DNA from: Candidatus Nomurabacteria bacterium | Lineage (GTDB): Bacteria; Patescibacteriota; Minisyncoccia; Phycocordibacterales; UBA918 | Length of the DNA stretch: 64,000 bases | Direction of reading: 5' to 3' | Assembly (NCBI GenBank): GCA_020632095.1 | Contig: JACKGF010000001.1 | Coordinates: forward strand, 6,549 to 70,548 | In this document: positions 8,663 through 17,894 of the stretch, one piece after another | Numbering within the stretch: the first letter of the stretch is position 1 | How the letters are laid out: each line of letters begins with the position of its first letter | Translations under genes and position numbers: made by a program | The notes under the pieces: model-generated | The model's input: only the letters and a program-made list of their open reading frames with translations | What the model was told of the DNA's origin: nothing | The model's database searches: none

Positions 8663-9211
8663 ATGGTTTTGACTGTGTTCAAGCGAGTGTTTTGTAATGC
8701 TCGCTACACACAGTTGGCAATAGTAGTCACATTCATCGTTTTGAGTGTGGCTATTTTGTTGCCGAGCCGTGACATTGTTTGGCAGGTGTTTTCTTCAAAA
8801 TTACTTAATGTGGGAGATAAGTTTTCTTTTCTTGGTAGTTTATATGGCTTGATTGCTAGTAATTTTACTATCTATTCGGCAGTTTTTATGGTTGTTTCGT
8901 CTGTTTTATTGGGAATTAATATTGCTCTCTTGGTTTATTATGTCAGACGAAGACAGGTCGGTTCACACAGTCGAGCGGCCGAATGGAATAGTTTAGGTGG
9001 AGTAGTGAGTGCTGTACTGGGGGTGGGTTGTGCAGCTTGTGGGTCGATCATTTTGACTTCGTTTTTAGCCACCTTCGGTGCCGGCGGGCTTTTACTGTGG
9101 CTGCCATTGCACGGAGCAGAGTTTAGTTTGTTGGGAATTGTTTTGCTTTCAATTTCTATTTTTCAATTAACAAAAAGAATAAACGACCCGTTGATTTGTC
9201 CGGTAAGTTGA
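8663..9211 (+). CDS. polytopic membrane protein with an intramembrane CAAC motif (candidate DsbB/VKOR-like partner)
   Basis: Begins 3 nt after the DsbA-like gene. 4-5 predicted TM helices. GVGCAACGS lies in a hydrophobic segment. The assignment is by gene context plus the CxxC motif only. Confidence 0.45.
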   Translation: MVLTVFKRVFCNARYTQLAIVVTFIVLSVAILLPSRDIVWQVFSSKLLNVGDKFSFLGSLYGLIASNFTIYSAVFMVVSSVLLGINIALLVYYVRRRQVGSHSRAAEWNSLGGVVSAVLGVGCAACGSIILTSFLATFGAGGLLLWLPLHGAEFSLLGIVLLSISIFQLTKRINDPLICPVS

Positions 9212-9396
9212 TAAAATTTTAGTGGTTTAGTATAGATAAGGAAGTTTTATGACTGTGTGTCTAGTGGTCAGCTTGTAGTTGATAAATCATTGACTATTAT
9301 AGGTAAATGTGTTATTAAGGAAATTGTTTTGATCGTTTAAAATATTCGAATTGTAAAGAAAAGTAGAACATTTCTACAAATAACTCACAAAGGATA

Positions 9397-10098
9397 GTGA
9401 TCATGAAATTAGCTAAATACTGTGACGGGCTTAAGGATCTGGCAGACTGCTTTGAAAAAGGTCAGTCTATGTACTCTCATAGCGCAGCTTGTAAAGGGAG
9501 GTTGGTCAGGCTGCAGATTATCGAGGTTTCTGTGTTGGGTACTTCATATACTACAGAATATGGTTCTTCAACTGCCTTGGTTCCGGCAGGGTATCAAAAT
9601 GAGTATGGAGGGTTTGAGTTTATTGACTTCATTACAGCACAGGCTCTCGTACAGAATTTTCTTGAATTAGAAAGAAATAAATTACTGGCCCAAGTGTCTG
9701 ATGTTGAGCAAGCAATGAGTAAAAATTTAGCTGGCAAACCAGCCAAAGGTGACTATTTGCCAAATGGTTTTAATACCGAGGTGACTATACGAGCCTCGAG
9801 CTGGAATGTTGATCGTGAGTTTGATCAGTTTTATCGTACTAGGGTAGCTCATCCTGATTTTGTTCCGCCTAAAGTAGGTGACAAGGTTACCGCCTTGGTT
9901 AACTATAATACAGGCGCTAGTACTGGAGATATAGTAATTCGAGCTGGCTCAATGGGTACCTTTATGAATATTAATTCCGGAGATGATGCGGGATATCACG
10001 GGTGCGTTATATATTTTGAGGGAATCAAGCAATGGTATCCTGCAGGAGTCGTGGTTCCGCTGAATGATATTCATTACTTTAAATTCACTTCAGAGTAG
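9397..10098 (+). CDS. hypothetical protein
   Basis: 233-aa ORF preceded by a 185-bp AT-rich spacer. No recognisable motif. Confidence 0.5.
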   Translation: MIMKLAKYCDGLKDLADCFEKGQSMYSHSAACKGRLVRLQIIEVSVLGTSYTTEYGSSTALVPAGYQNEYGGFEFIDFITAQALVQNFLELERNKLLAQVSDVEQAMSKNLAGKPAKGDYLPNGFNTEVTIRASSWNVDREFDQFYRTRVAHPDFVPPKVGDKVTALVNYNTGASTGDIVIRAGSMGTFMNINSGDDAGYHGCVIYFEGIKQWYPAGVVVPLNDIHYFKFTSE

Positions 10099-10175
10099 TA
10101 GAAGATACTACTCTGAATTAGGCCGCCATTGCTTCACTGAATGGCGGTCTTTCAAATTATATTTTTATAAAACAA

Positions 10176-11180
10176 TTATCTACCTTGTCCGTAAATTGAT
10201 TTAAGCTTGGACACATGTTCCTCGTAGGTGGGTGAACAGTAGTACTGACCACCCTTTGCATGAAAATAAAATATACAGTCGGTGACGACGGGATTTAGGG
10301 CCGCTAGGAGGGCTTCTGCTGAAGGATTAGCAATTGGTGCGGGAGGCAAACCGGGGTTTTTGTAGGTGTTATAGGCAGATTTAATATATTTGTCGGCGGG
10401 TTTAATAGCGGGCCACCACTTAGCTTCATACTGACTGCTACCACGTACGTACTGAAGAGTGGCATCAAGTTGGAGAGGCATATTTTTAAACAGGCGATTC
10501 CAGATAACTCCAGAGACCTCTCTCATGTTGTTAAAATCACTAGCTTCACGCTCGAGAAGAGAGGCTATTATTAAAGCGTCGTTTAAAGGTACTTGTTTTT
10601 CCACTTCGGGGGTATAACGACTTAAAATTTTAGTCTGAAATTCTTGTTCTATTAAGTCTTTCATGTCGTTTGGGGTGGCTCCTTTATGGGCTACATATTG
10701 CCCAGGGTAATATTTCCCTTCGGCTATAACAGGAGAAGTTGAGTCGACCAATCTAATAAATTCGGATCGATCTGCTTTGTTCCAACCAAGAATATCCCCA
10801 ATATTTTTGGCTGCTTCTTCCTTGCGGTCACCAGGCCAAATAACCACGATTCGACCAACCGGAGAGGCAAGGTTTTGGTACCACTCGTGACTAGAAAAAA
10901 TTGAAGCTATTTTATTCCACCAGTTATTTTTTGATTCTGGAGCAGAGGCAAGAGTTTCATCGAAGAAGTTTTCTACCGCTGGATTTTCGATTATTGCTCT
11001 AGTAGCTAGATTTACACTAACTGGAAAAGGGGTAACAGACATTTCATTCTGACTTGAGTTAATCATTGAAAAAATCTGTTGCTTTGATTCGAGCAATAAA
11101 ACTATACCAATAGTGGCCGTAATTGATAGGAAAATCACTATGGTAAAGACCGATCGGATTACTGTTTCTTTGGAAATCAT
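10176..11180 (-). CDS. mltG: endolytic murein transglycosylase MltG (YceG family)
   Basis: N-terminal TM anchor. YceG-family blocks LIIASLLEREA, VIWNRL, NTYKNPGLPPAPIANP and CIFYFHAKG. Confidence 0.8.
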   Translation of the reverse strand: MISKETVIRSVFTIVIFLSITATIGIVLLLESKQQIFSMINSSQNEMSVTPFPVSVNLATRAIIENPAVENFFDETLASAPESKNNWWNKIASIFSSHEWYQNLASPVGRIVVIWPGDRKEEAAKNIGDILGWNKADRSEFIRLVDSTSPVIAEGKYYPGQYVAHKGATPNDMKDLIEQEFQTKILSRYTPEVEKQVPLNDALIIASLLEREASDFNNMREVSGVIWNRLFKNMPLQLDATLQYVRGSSQYEAKWWPAIKPADKYIKSAYNTYKNPGLPPAPIANPSAEALLAALNPVVTDCIFYFHAKGGQYYCSPTYEEHVSKLKSIYGQGR

Positions 11181-11263
11181 CCTTGGTATTATGACATATA
11201 ACCATGTGTTTTTTCTTTAAATAAGGTAAAATTAGTCTGAAAACAAATTAAAATTAATTTCAC

Positions 11264-11896
11264 TTGATTATGAAGTACTTAAAATTTTTAGGGTTGTCAA
11301 CGGTAGTCATTGCAATTTTTGCGTATTTTCTAATTTTTTATGTGCCAGCCTCTGATAAAAAGGAAGATGTTAGTCAGGCTGACGATAAGCAAGCTCTAAG
11401 TCAAGTTGAAAAAACAAAAGCCAAAGAACCATTTTCTGGTGCTGGTACGATGGATAGCTTGAAGCTACTTGGCGAAGACCTTGAATGTTCAATCTCATAT
11501 GTACCGACAGAAGGGGAGAAGGAGGTAGAGGGAACATATTTTGTTAGTGAGGGAAAGATCAGAGGAGATTTTTTGGTACCATCACCCGATCTTGAAGGAA
11601 CAATATTGTCTTCAATGATTATGGATCAGACGTATTTCTACTCATGGACTGAAATTGATGATCAGATGTATGGGGCAAAAGTAGCGATAGTTGATATGAA
11701 AAAAGACGAAAACAATACTAGTCAGTCTGTAACACTTGATACTGAAGTTAAATATAACTGCAAGCTATGGGAAAATGTCGATGATAGTGTTTTTTTGCCT
11801 CCAAGTACAGTGTTGTTTCGAGATATGAATGAGACTATGAAGGCTGGTATGGAATACGGAACGACATATGAAGAGGGGGCAGAGTTACCGTTTTAA
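11264..11896 (+). CDS. hypothetical secreted/membrane-anchored protein
   Basis: N-terminal hydrophobic signal/anchor. No known domain. Confidence 0.5.
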   Translation: MIMKYLKFLGLSTVVIAIFAYFLIFYVPASDKKEDVSQADDKQALSQVEKTKAKEPFSGAGTMDSLKLLGEDLECSISYVPTEGEKEVEGTYFVSEGKIRGDFLVPSPDLEGTILSSMIMDQTYFYSWTEIDDQMYGAKVAIVDMKKDENNTSQSVTLDTEVKYNCKLWENVDDSVFLPPSTVLFRDMNETMKAGMEYGTTYEEGAELPF

Positions 11897-11917
11897 AATC
11901 CAACAAACTAGGATAAC

Positions 11918-12005
11918 TGTGGATAACTCAACTTGAGATTTGGCAATTATTATGAATCAAGCCTGTGTTCTGTCGGTGATTATTGTGTTTACAAACCGTG
12001 GATAA
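11918..12005. promoter_or_regulatory. pair of DnaA-box-like 9-mers in an AT-rich convergent intergenic region
   Basis: TGTGGATAA at 11918-11926 is the reverse complement of the perfect DnaA box TTATCCACA. CGTGGATAA at 11997-12005 has one mismatch. A GGATAACT half-site lies adjacent. Confidence 0.3.
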
Positions 12006-12097
12006 ATGGTATTGAGATTATTTGAAGTTTGTGAATTTTTAGGTTATGTCCTGTTTGTATAACTGAATCGACGTGGACGATGTCTGTGTAAATTTAG

Positions 12098-12454
12098 CTA
12101 CATCAACCTCTCCCAACCGATCGACAACAATACAATAATCAAAAATGTTCCAGCTGTTAGGACAGCGCCGGCTGCCATGTCTTTGGCGTGCATGATGTCT
12201 TCGTGCTGTTCAGGGTGTAGTCGGTTTAGAGTAACTTCAAGAGCTGAGTTTTGTAGTTCAGTGATAACAATTAGAACCCAGGCTAGCAGGATAAAAAGAA
12301 GTTCCCAAGTCTCTAGTGGTTTAAATAAAATTGCTACTACGATAGCAATAAAAACTCCGAGGTAAAGCTGGGTACGGTAACCAAAGTCATTAATAGCGGC
12401 GTGAGAAATTCCACGCCAAGCATGTTTAAATCGGTTGAAATATTTTTTAGACAT
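12098..12454 (-). CDS. dgkA: diacylglycerol/undecaprenol kinase family protein (DgkA-like)
   Basis: 118 aa with 3 TM helices and the DgkA signature TELQNSALE. Confidence 0.65.
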   Translation of the reverse strand: MSKKYFNRFKHAWRGISHAAINDFGYRTQLYLGVFIAIVVAILFKPLETWELLFILLAWVLIVITELQNSALEVTLNRLHPEQHEDIMHAKDMAAGAVLTAGTFLIIVLLSIGWERLM

Positions 12455-12479
12455 GGTTACTTTAAGTTTTTTATAATTT

Positions 12480-13691
12480 CTAATTCATATCAATGACCAT
12501 CGCGCCCCAAGTAAAATCGTTGGCACCCATACCGATACCAGTAATCGGGTGATAATATTCTCTAAATCCTTCGTTCTTTACTAAGGCTAGACTTTTTTCT
12601 CTAACTTCATTAGCTATATCGTAATAACCATAGTTTTTTAGACCTTGATAGAGAAACCAATGAACAGTCATCCAGATTGGTCCGCGCCAGTGTGGGTGCT
12701 GCCAAGCTTGGCCCCAGATTGGCTCTTCTGGGCTGAAAGCTGGCCCATTTTGAGCGACTGTTGAGACGCCGTAAGGTAACCAAAAACGTTCACGGTTAAG
12801 TAATTCGTCCTTAACCAAGGCTTTGGCTTCAGCTGGGGTGTATTGTTTGGTTAAAAGTGGTGCAAAACGCGACCAAGTATTTTCAGTAGTTTTGACAGCC
12901 TTAAGGCCAGAGAGGGGATGAAAATAACCATTTTCAAACATGTTGACACGCATAGAGGCAGCTACTTGCTTAGCTTTACTTAAGTATTTTTTGGCTAATT
13001 GTCTATCGTTTAATTCGGTGGCAATTCTAGATAGTGATTCTAGATTCCAAATTAGGAACACATTTCCGGGTACGTCTTCAATCCAGAAAGTTTCACTAGT
13101 GCACCTAGTGTCCAAGTTGCATTTTTTATGTGTTTCGAATAAAGCATAGCGTTTATTGAGATTATCTTCCACCTCGTGTTGGGGTGGAAGTAATAGAGCG
13201 TTATCAAAACGAGGCGAGTTATCTTCGCCAGACTCATCAGGATTAACATAGCCTATTAAGTTTACTTTACGTAGGTCACGTTCTTCTAGTAGGAAATTAT
13301 AATAATTTACCAGAGCTGGGAAGACAGATTCCAGAAAGGGACGGTCACCACACTTTTCATACACTCGCTCAGTCGCGTAGGCAATAATAGGGGGTTGGAT
13401 AATATTACTGGTTTTCTTTAGTCCCCAGTCGACGTTGAAAATCTCTTTTTGTTGGTCCCAAAAGATAACATGGGCCATCATGCCGTTGTCAAATTGGTGT
13501 GAAATCAGGGATTGGATTTCGGCCATAGCAGCCTTGGTGTCAATGTGGGAGAGGATGATGGCGTGAAAACAAGAGTCCCAAAACCATTGGTAGGGGTAGG
13601 AAGAGCCAGACGGGACAGTATAAGAAAAGCCGTCAGTCATCCGCCGGTTGTTTAGCATCAGACTTTCAATTTGATTTTCTAGACTCGACAT
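12480..13691 (-). CDS. (alpha/alpha)6-barrel glycoside hydrolase (GH63/GDE-like)
   Basis: YPYQWFWDSCFHAI and other six-hairpin glycosidase blocks. The exact family is not resolvable by eye. Confidence 0.55.
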   Translation of the reverse strand: MSSLENQIESLMLNNRRMTDGFSYTVPSGSSYPYQWFWDSCFHAIILSHIDTKAAMAEIQSLISHQFDNGMMAHVIFWDQQKEIFNVDWGLKKTSNIIQPPIIAYATERVYEKCGDRPFLESVFPALVNYYNFLLEERDLRKVNLIGYVNPDESGEDNSPRFDNALLLPPQHEVEDNLNKRYALFETHKKCNLDTRCTSETFWIEDVPGNVFLIWNLESLSRIATELNDRQLAKKYLSKAKQVAASMRVNMFENGYFHPLSGLKAVKTTENTWSRFAPLLTKQYTPAEAKALVKDELLNRERFWLPYGVSTVAQNGPAFSPEEPIWGQAWQHPHWRGPIWMTVHWFLYQGLKNYGYYDIANEVREKSLALVKNEGFREYYHPITGIGMGANDFTWGAMVIDMN

Positions 13692-13712
13692 TACTATCTA
13701 TCATAGCAAACT

Positions 13713-14444
13713 CTAGTAGTCTTTTTCGGCGTAGATGGAGATAGTACGACGTTTGCGTGCACGACCTTTGAAGGCGTGTTTATGGGAGCGGTAAATTTGC
13801 CTGACGATAAATTTCTCAGATAAAAAGTTCACTAGTTCTTCTTCACTGTAGACATACTCAGCTACGCCCATGACAGGGTGGATATAACTACCTTCTTCCT
13901 GGCCTGGTTTTTCGGCGATAAGGCGTTTGGTGTGAAGATCTTTGTCTTTGAGGAAGGTTTTCATAAATAGATAACCTCCAGGGACTAGGACACGGAAAAA
14001 TTCATCGCGTAGCTGTTTGCGCGCGGTGGCATCCAAGAAGTGTGAGGTCATCATGTCTAGGGCAAGCGATTGAGAGCCATCCTCTAGTTTCAGCAGATCG
14101 CCGGCGTTGCCGACTTCATATTTAATCGGTAAATCAACTGAAGCTTTTTTTGCTTGGGCGATAGCGGCTGAGGAAATATCAATACCGACACCCTGCAGGC
14201 CAAATTCTCGAGCTAGGTAAATAAGGTTGCGTCCATTGCCGCAACCGGCGTCTACAACACTCATTGGTCCATTTAAAATGTCCTCTCGTTCGCGACGGGA
14301 TATCCAGCGGGTAAATTTTGCTAAATCCTCACTTTCGTTTTCAGATAGTTTAAGGTGAGAAGGATTGGTGTATTCTTGATCCCAAAAAGTAGCCCCGTGC
14401 ACTTTACGCTTTTTCTTCTTAGTAAAATTGGGTTTCATGGCCAT
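13713..14444 (-). CDS. class-I SAM-dependent methyltransferase
   Basis: Motif I VVDAGCGNGRN and the rest of a Rossmann-fold methyltransferase. Confidence 0.75.
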   Translation of the reverse strand: MAMKPNFTKKKKRKVHGATFWDQEYTNPSHLKLSENESEDLAKFTRWISRREREDILNGPMSVVDAGCGNGRNLIYLAREFGLQGVGIDISSAAIAQAKKASVDLPIKYEVGNAGDLLKLEDGSQSLALDMMTSHFLDATARKQLRDEFFRVLVPGGYLFMKTFLKDKDLHTKRLIAEKPGQEEGSYIHPVMGVAEYVYSEEELVNFLSEKFIVRQIYRSHKHAFKGRARKRRTISIYAEKDY

Positions 14445-14457
14445 AATGGTAATGAAA

Positions 14458-17130
14458 CTACAACACTTTTGGCTTTTTGTCCACTAGTTTCACTATGTAA
14501 GTATTAGCAAACCATTTAGCTCCCTCGACCACTAGAATGTTCAGAACACTCCAAAGCCCGATGAAACCAACCCAGTATAAAGATAGTGGTTGGACATTAA
14601 ATAGGTCTCGAATGTACGGGACGGTAAAAGTGATAATCATCATTAGTAGACCAACTCCAATTCCGAGTAACAAAAAACGGTTTTCAATTAATGAATAATG
14701 ATGAATTGGTCGGCTTAGGTCGCGGAAAGAGAAGGCAATGAATAAAGTATAGGTGCCAAAACTAGCAAATAAAATACTGCTTGCTAGAGCGTGTGGTACA
14801 TGGAAGGTGAGCAATCCTATATAAAGCCCGAAGAGCATCAACGAAACCATAATACCAATAAAGATAGTTAAGAACATTACCCGCGGGTCAAAGAATTGTT
14901 TATTGGTCGTTTCGGTCTCTTTCATTTTTTGGTTGTCAAAGGCAAAAGCAATGGCCGGTAAACTACCGGTAAAGAGATTAACCCAAATAATTTGCACAGC
15001 CGTAAGGGGCATGGCGACACCTGCGATAATTGCTCCGCCGATTAAAATTAATTCATCGAGTGAGTTAGACATTAGGTAAACAAACATTTTTTTAATGTTA
15101 GATAGTATTTGTTTGCCTTCTTCAATGGTGGATACAATGGTCTTAAAGTTATTGTCGAGTAGGATTAGGTCGGCTACACTCTTAGCGACATCGCTGCCAG
15201 AACCAAGTGCTATACCAATATTGGCTGCTTTAAGTGATGGGGCATCATTTACTCCATCACCAGTCATGGCGACAATTTCGCCTTGAGCCTGGTGGAGTTT
15301 AGTGATGCGAAGCTTGTCTTCAGGGGTAACCCGGGCGTAGATATGAATTCGGTCTAAGATTGGGATTAATTCAGCGTCAGTTAGTTGTTTGAGTTGGGAG
15401 CCGGTTAGGACGTTGGATTCGTCGACCTGCCAACCGAGTTCGTTGGCAATAGCGACAGCAGTGCCCGGTAGGTCGCCGGTTGCCATAATCACTCTCGTAC
15501 CATAGGAATTGATTCTTTTGAGGGCTTCTGGTACCTCGGGGCGGATAGGGTCATGGAAGCTAAGGACTCCAAGAAAGGTTATATCCTTAACATGATCAAT
15601 GGTCATGGAAGCAGGATCGGCGTGCGGAGTTAGTAAGCCAATACCAAGCACGCGACGACCATACTGACTATGTTCAGCGATTGATTTACTTAATTTATCA
15701 AAATCTTCATGGTCAAGAAAGGAGCGATTCAGCATAATATCAGGCGCACCCATAACAATGTGAGGGTCTTCAAATTGACTGAGATGATCTGGAAGGTAAC
15801 GGGTTGGAATTCTGATGACGGAAAATTTATACTTCGAACTAAAGGGAATTCGTATTTGAATATCAGAGCGGTCGGGCACGGTTTGGGTAATGTTATGTCT
15901 AGCGGCTGAGCGGACAATGTTGGTTTCCAGATCAGAACCACTTATCACCCAAGATTCTAAATCGTCCTCGGGATTTTCGATAGATACATCACTGGCACAA
16001 AGGGCCAAAGTTAGAATGTCTTGTTGCAGCTTGTTAAAATTGTCATGATGATCTGAGGGGGTAAAAGTAGGTTCGAGCAGTTGTTCAGTAGTGTCTATGT
16101 CGATTAGACGCATGTTGGCTTGGGTAAGCGTACCAGTTTTATCTGTGATAATGAGTGTTGTTGAACCCAGAGTTTCGGCGGCGGTTAAGCTTCGCATGAT
16201 ACCTTTTTTCTTAGCAATTCGGGTGACTCCAATCGCTAGAATTGAGGTTAGGCCAATTGGTAAGGCTTCCGGAACTGAACCAACAAATACCGCAATCGAA
16301 ACAATCAGCATCTCTGTTAACTCACGGTCTTGAGAAATACCGATAATAAACAATGCAAAAACAGCTATGACTGTGAAAGCAATAATCACCCAAGTGAGTT
16401 TGTTGAGAGCTTTTTGTAGGGGGGTTTGTTCAGATTCTGTGTCTTCAACTAATCTAGCTAGTTTACCTATTTCTGTATCGTAACCAGTGGCCGTAACAAC
16501 TGCATAAGCGGAACCACTAATCCCAAGTGTGCCAGCAAAAACCATGTTGGTTTGGTCTGGTAAGGGGGTGGTTTCAGATAACGGGCCGACTTCTTTTTCT
16601 ACTGGTAAAGATTCACCAGTCAGAATTGATTCATCAGAAGCGAAGTTTATTTCTTTGGTTATTCTAGCGTCAGCTGTAATCCGTGAGCCAGTAGTAATAT
16701 GGATAATATCACCGGGCACCAGTAGTCGTGGGTCAATCTCAAATTCGTGTCCATCACGGATTATTCTAGTACGGTGAGTGATATATGAGCGCAGGTCAGT
16801 AATGGCTTTTTCGGCCTTGAATTCCTGTACGAAGCCGAGAACGGCATTTACAATTACTGCAAAAGCAATAATGGTCATGTCTAGCCATTCTGCTAAGTAG
16901 GCAGTAATAGCGACGGCGACACAAAGAATAATGATTAATGGGCTGGCAAACTGTTGAAAAAATATTTCAATGGCCGTCTTACCTTTAGTAGACTCAAAAA
17001 TATTTTCGCCAGAGGATTTTAAGCGAGTTTTGGCTTCATCATCGCTCAGTCCTTTTTCTAGGTTGGTTTGTAATTGGGTGCCAATAGTGTCAAGTGGATC
17101 CGACCACGGATTATAAGGTTTTTGATACAT
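14458..17130 (-). CDS. P-type cation-transporting ATPase (P2-type)
   Basis: Phosphorylation site DKTGTLTQ, plus TGD and GDGVNDAPSLKAANIGIALG. There is an N-terminal cation-ATPase domain and 10 TM helices. Confidence 0.9.
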   Translation of the reverse strand: MYQKPYNPWSDPLDTIGTQLQTNLEKGLSDDEAKTRLKSSGENIFESTKGKTAIEIFFQQFASPLIIILCVAVAITAYLAEWLDMTIIAFAVIVNAVLGFVQEFKAEKAITDLRSYITHRTRIIRDGHEFEIDPRLLVPGDIIHITTGSRITADARITKEINFASDESILTGESLPVEKEVGPLSETTPLPDQTNMVFAGTLGISGSAYAVVTATGYDTEIGKLARLVEDTESEQTPLQKALNKLTWVIIAFTVIAVFALFIIGISQDRELTEMLIVSIAVFVGSVPEALPIGLTSILAIGVTRIAKKKGIMRSLTAAETLGSTTLIITDKTGTLTQANMRLIDIDTTEQLLEPTFTPSDHHDNFNKLQQDILTLALCASDVSIENPEDDLESWVISGSDLETNIVRSAARHNITQTVPDRSDIQIRIPFSSKYKFSVIRIPTRYLPDHLSQFEDPHIVMGAPDIMLNRSFLDHEDFDKLSKSIAEHSQYGRRVLGIGLLTPHADPASMTIDHVKDITFLGVLSFHDPIRPEVPEALKRINSYGTRVIMATGDLPGTAVAIANELGWQVDESNVLTGSQLKQLTDAELIPILDRIHIYARVTPEDKLRITKLHQAQGEIVAMTGDGVNDAPSLKAANIGIALGSGSDVAKSVADLILLDNNFKTIVSTIEEGKQILSNIKKMFVYLMSNSLDELILIGGAIIAGVAMPLTAVQIIWVNLFTGSLPAIAFAFDNQKMKETETTNKQFFDPRVMFLTIFIGIMVSLMLFGLYIGLLTFHVPHALASSILFASFGTYTLFIAFSFRDLSRPIHHYSLIENRFLLLGIGVGLLMMIITFTVPYIRDLFNVQPLSLYWVGFIGLWSVLNILVVEGAKWFANTYIVKLVDKKPKVL

Positions 17131-17202
17131 TAGTTAAGTGTAACAAATAATCCCGTGTCTAGAGTGAGTAACTGTTAGCTAATATGGTACACTTTTATTC
17201 AT

Positions 17203-17871
17203 ATGAAAAATCCATGGATAGTAATTGGGGTGATATTTGTAGTCTTGTTTGGAGGCGCAATTATGTATTCAAATATCTCTGCTAAGAAAAGTAATGAAGG
17301 AATTGTAATTAGTCAAAATATTAAAGGAAATCCTGAGGCGGAGGTTAAGTTGGTTGAATATAGTGATTTTCAGTGTCCAGCTTGTGCCTCCTTTCAGCCA
17401 GTTCTTGAGCAAGTAATGTCTGAGTATGGCGACAAAATTAGTTTCGAATATAAGCATTTTCCTTTGCCAATACACCCTTATGCTATGCCAGCAGCGGTAG
17501 CGGCTGAAGCGGCTGGTCAGCAGGGTAAATTCTTTGAATTCCATGATTTGTTGTTCAAAAACCAAAATACATGGGTTTCTGCTTCAGTGCCAAATTCATT
17601 ATTTATTCAGTATGCCGGTGAACTCGGCTTAGATATAGATAAGTTTAAAAGCCAGATGTCATCTACTATGCTGCGTGACCGAGTAAAGGACGATACTTCA
17701 GATGGACGAGCAGCTAACCTGACTGGCACACCAACTTTCTTTTTGAATGGCAAAAAGATGGAGTTTGACACTTTTCAAGCCTTTGTTGAGCAGATTGTAA
17801 AAGCGGTAGATCCGACTGCTCTAACGGCTTCTAGTACAGATTCAACTCCCGAGGTGAAGTTTGGTATTTAG
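17203..17871 (+). CDS. membrane-anchored DsbA-family thiol-disulfide oxidoreductase (CPAC)
   Basis: N-terminal TM helix, then a DsbA fold with the active site FQCPACASF. It is the first gene of the MATCAP-like/7TM/ATP-grasp operon, with a 23-bp gap to the next gene. Confidence 0.7.
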   Translation: MKNPWIVIGVIFVVLFGGAIMYSNISAKKSNEGIVISQNIKGNPEAEVKLVEYSDFQCPACASFQPVLEQVMSEYGDKISFEYKHFPLPIHPYAMPAAVAAEAAGQQGKFFEFHDLLFKNQNTWVSASVPNSLFIQYAGELGLDIDKFKSQMSSTMLRDRVKDDTSDGRAANLTGTPTFFLNGKKMEFDTFQAFVEQIVKAVDPTALTASSTDSTPEVKFGI

Positions 17872-17894
17872 TTAGACAAATAAGTGTATTTATT

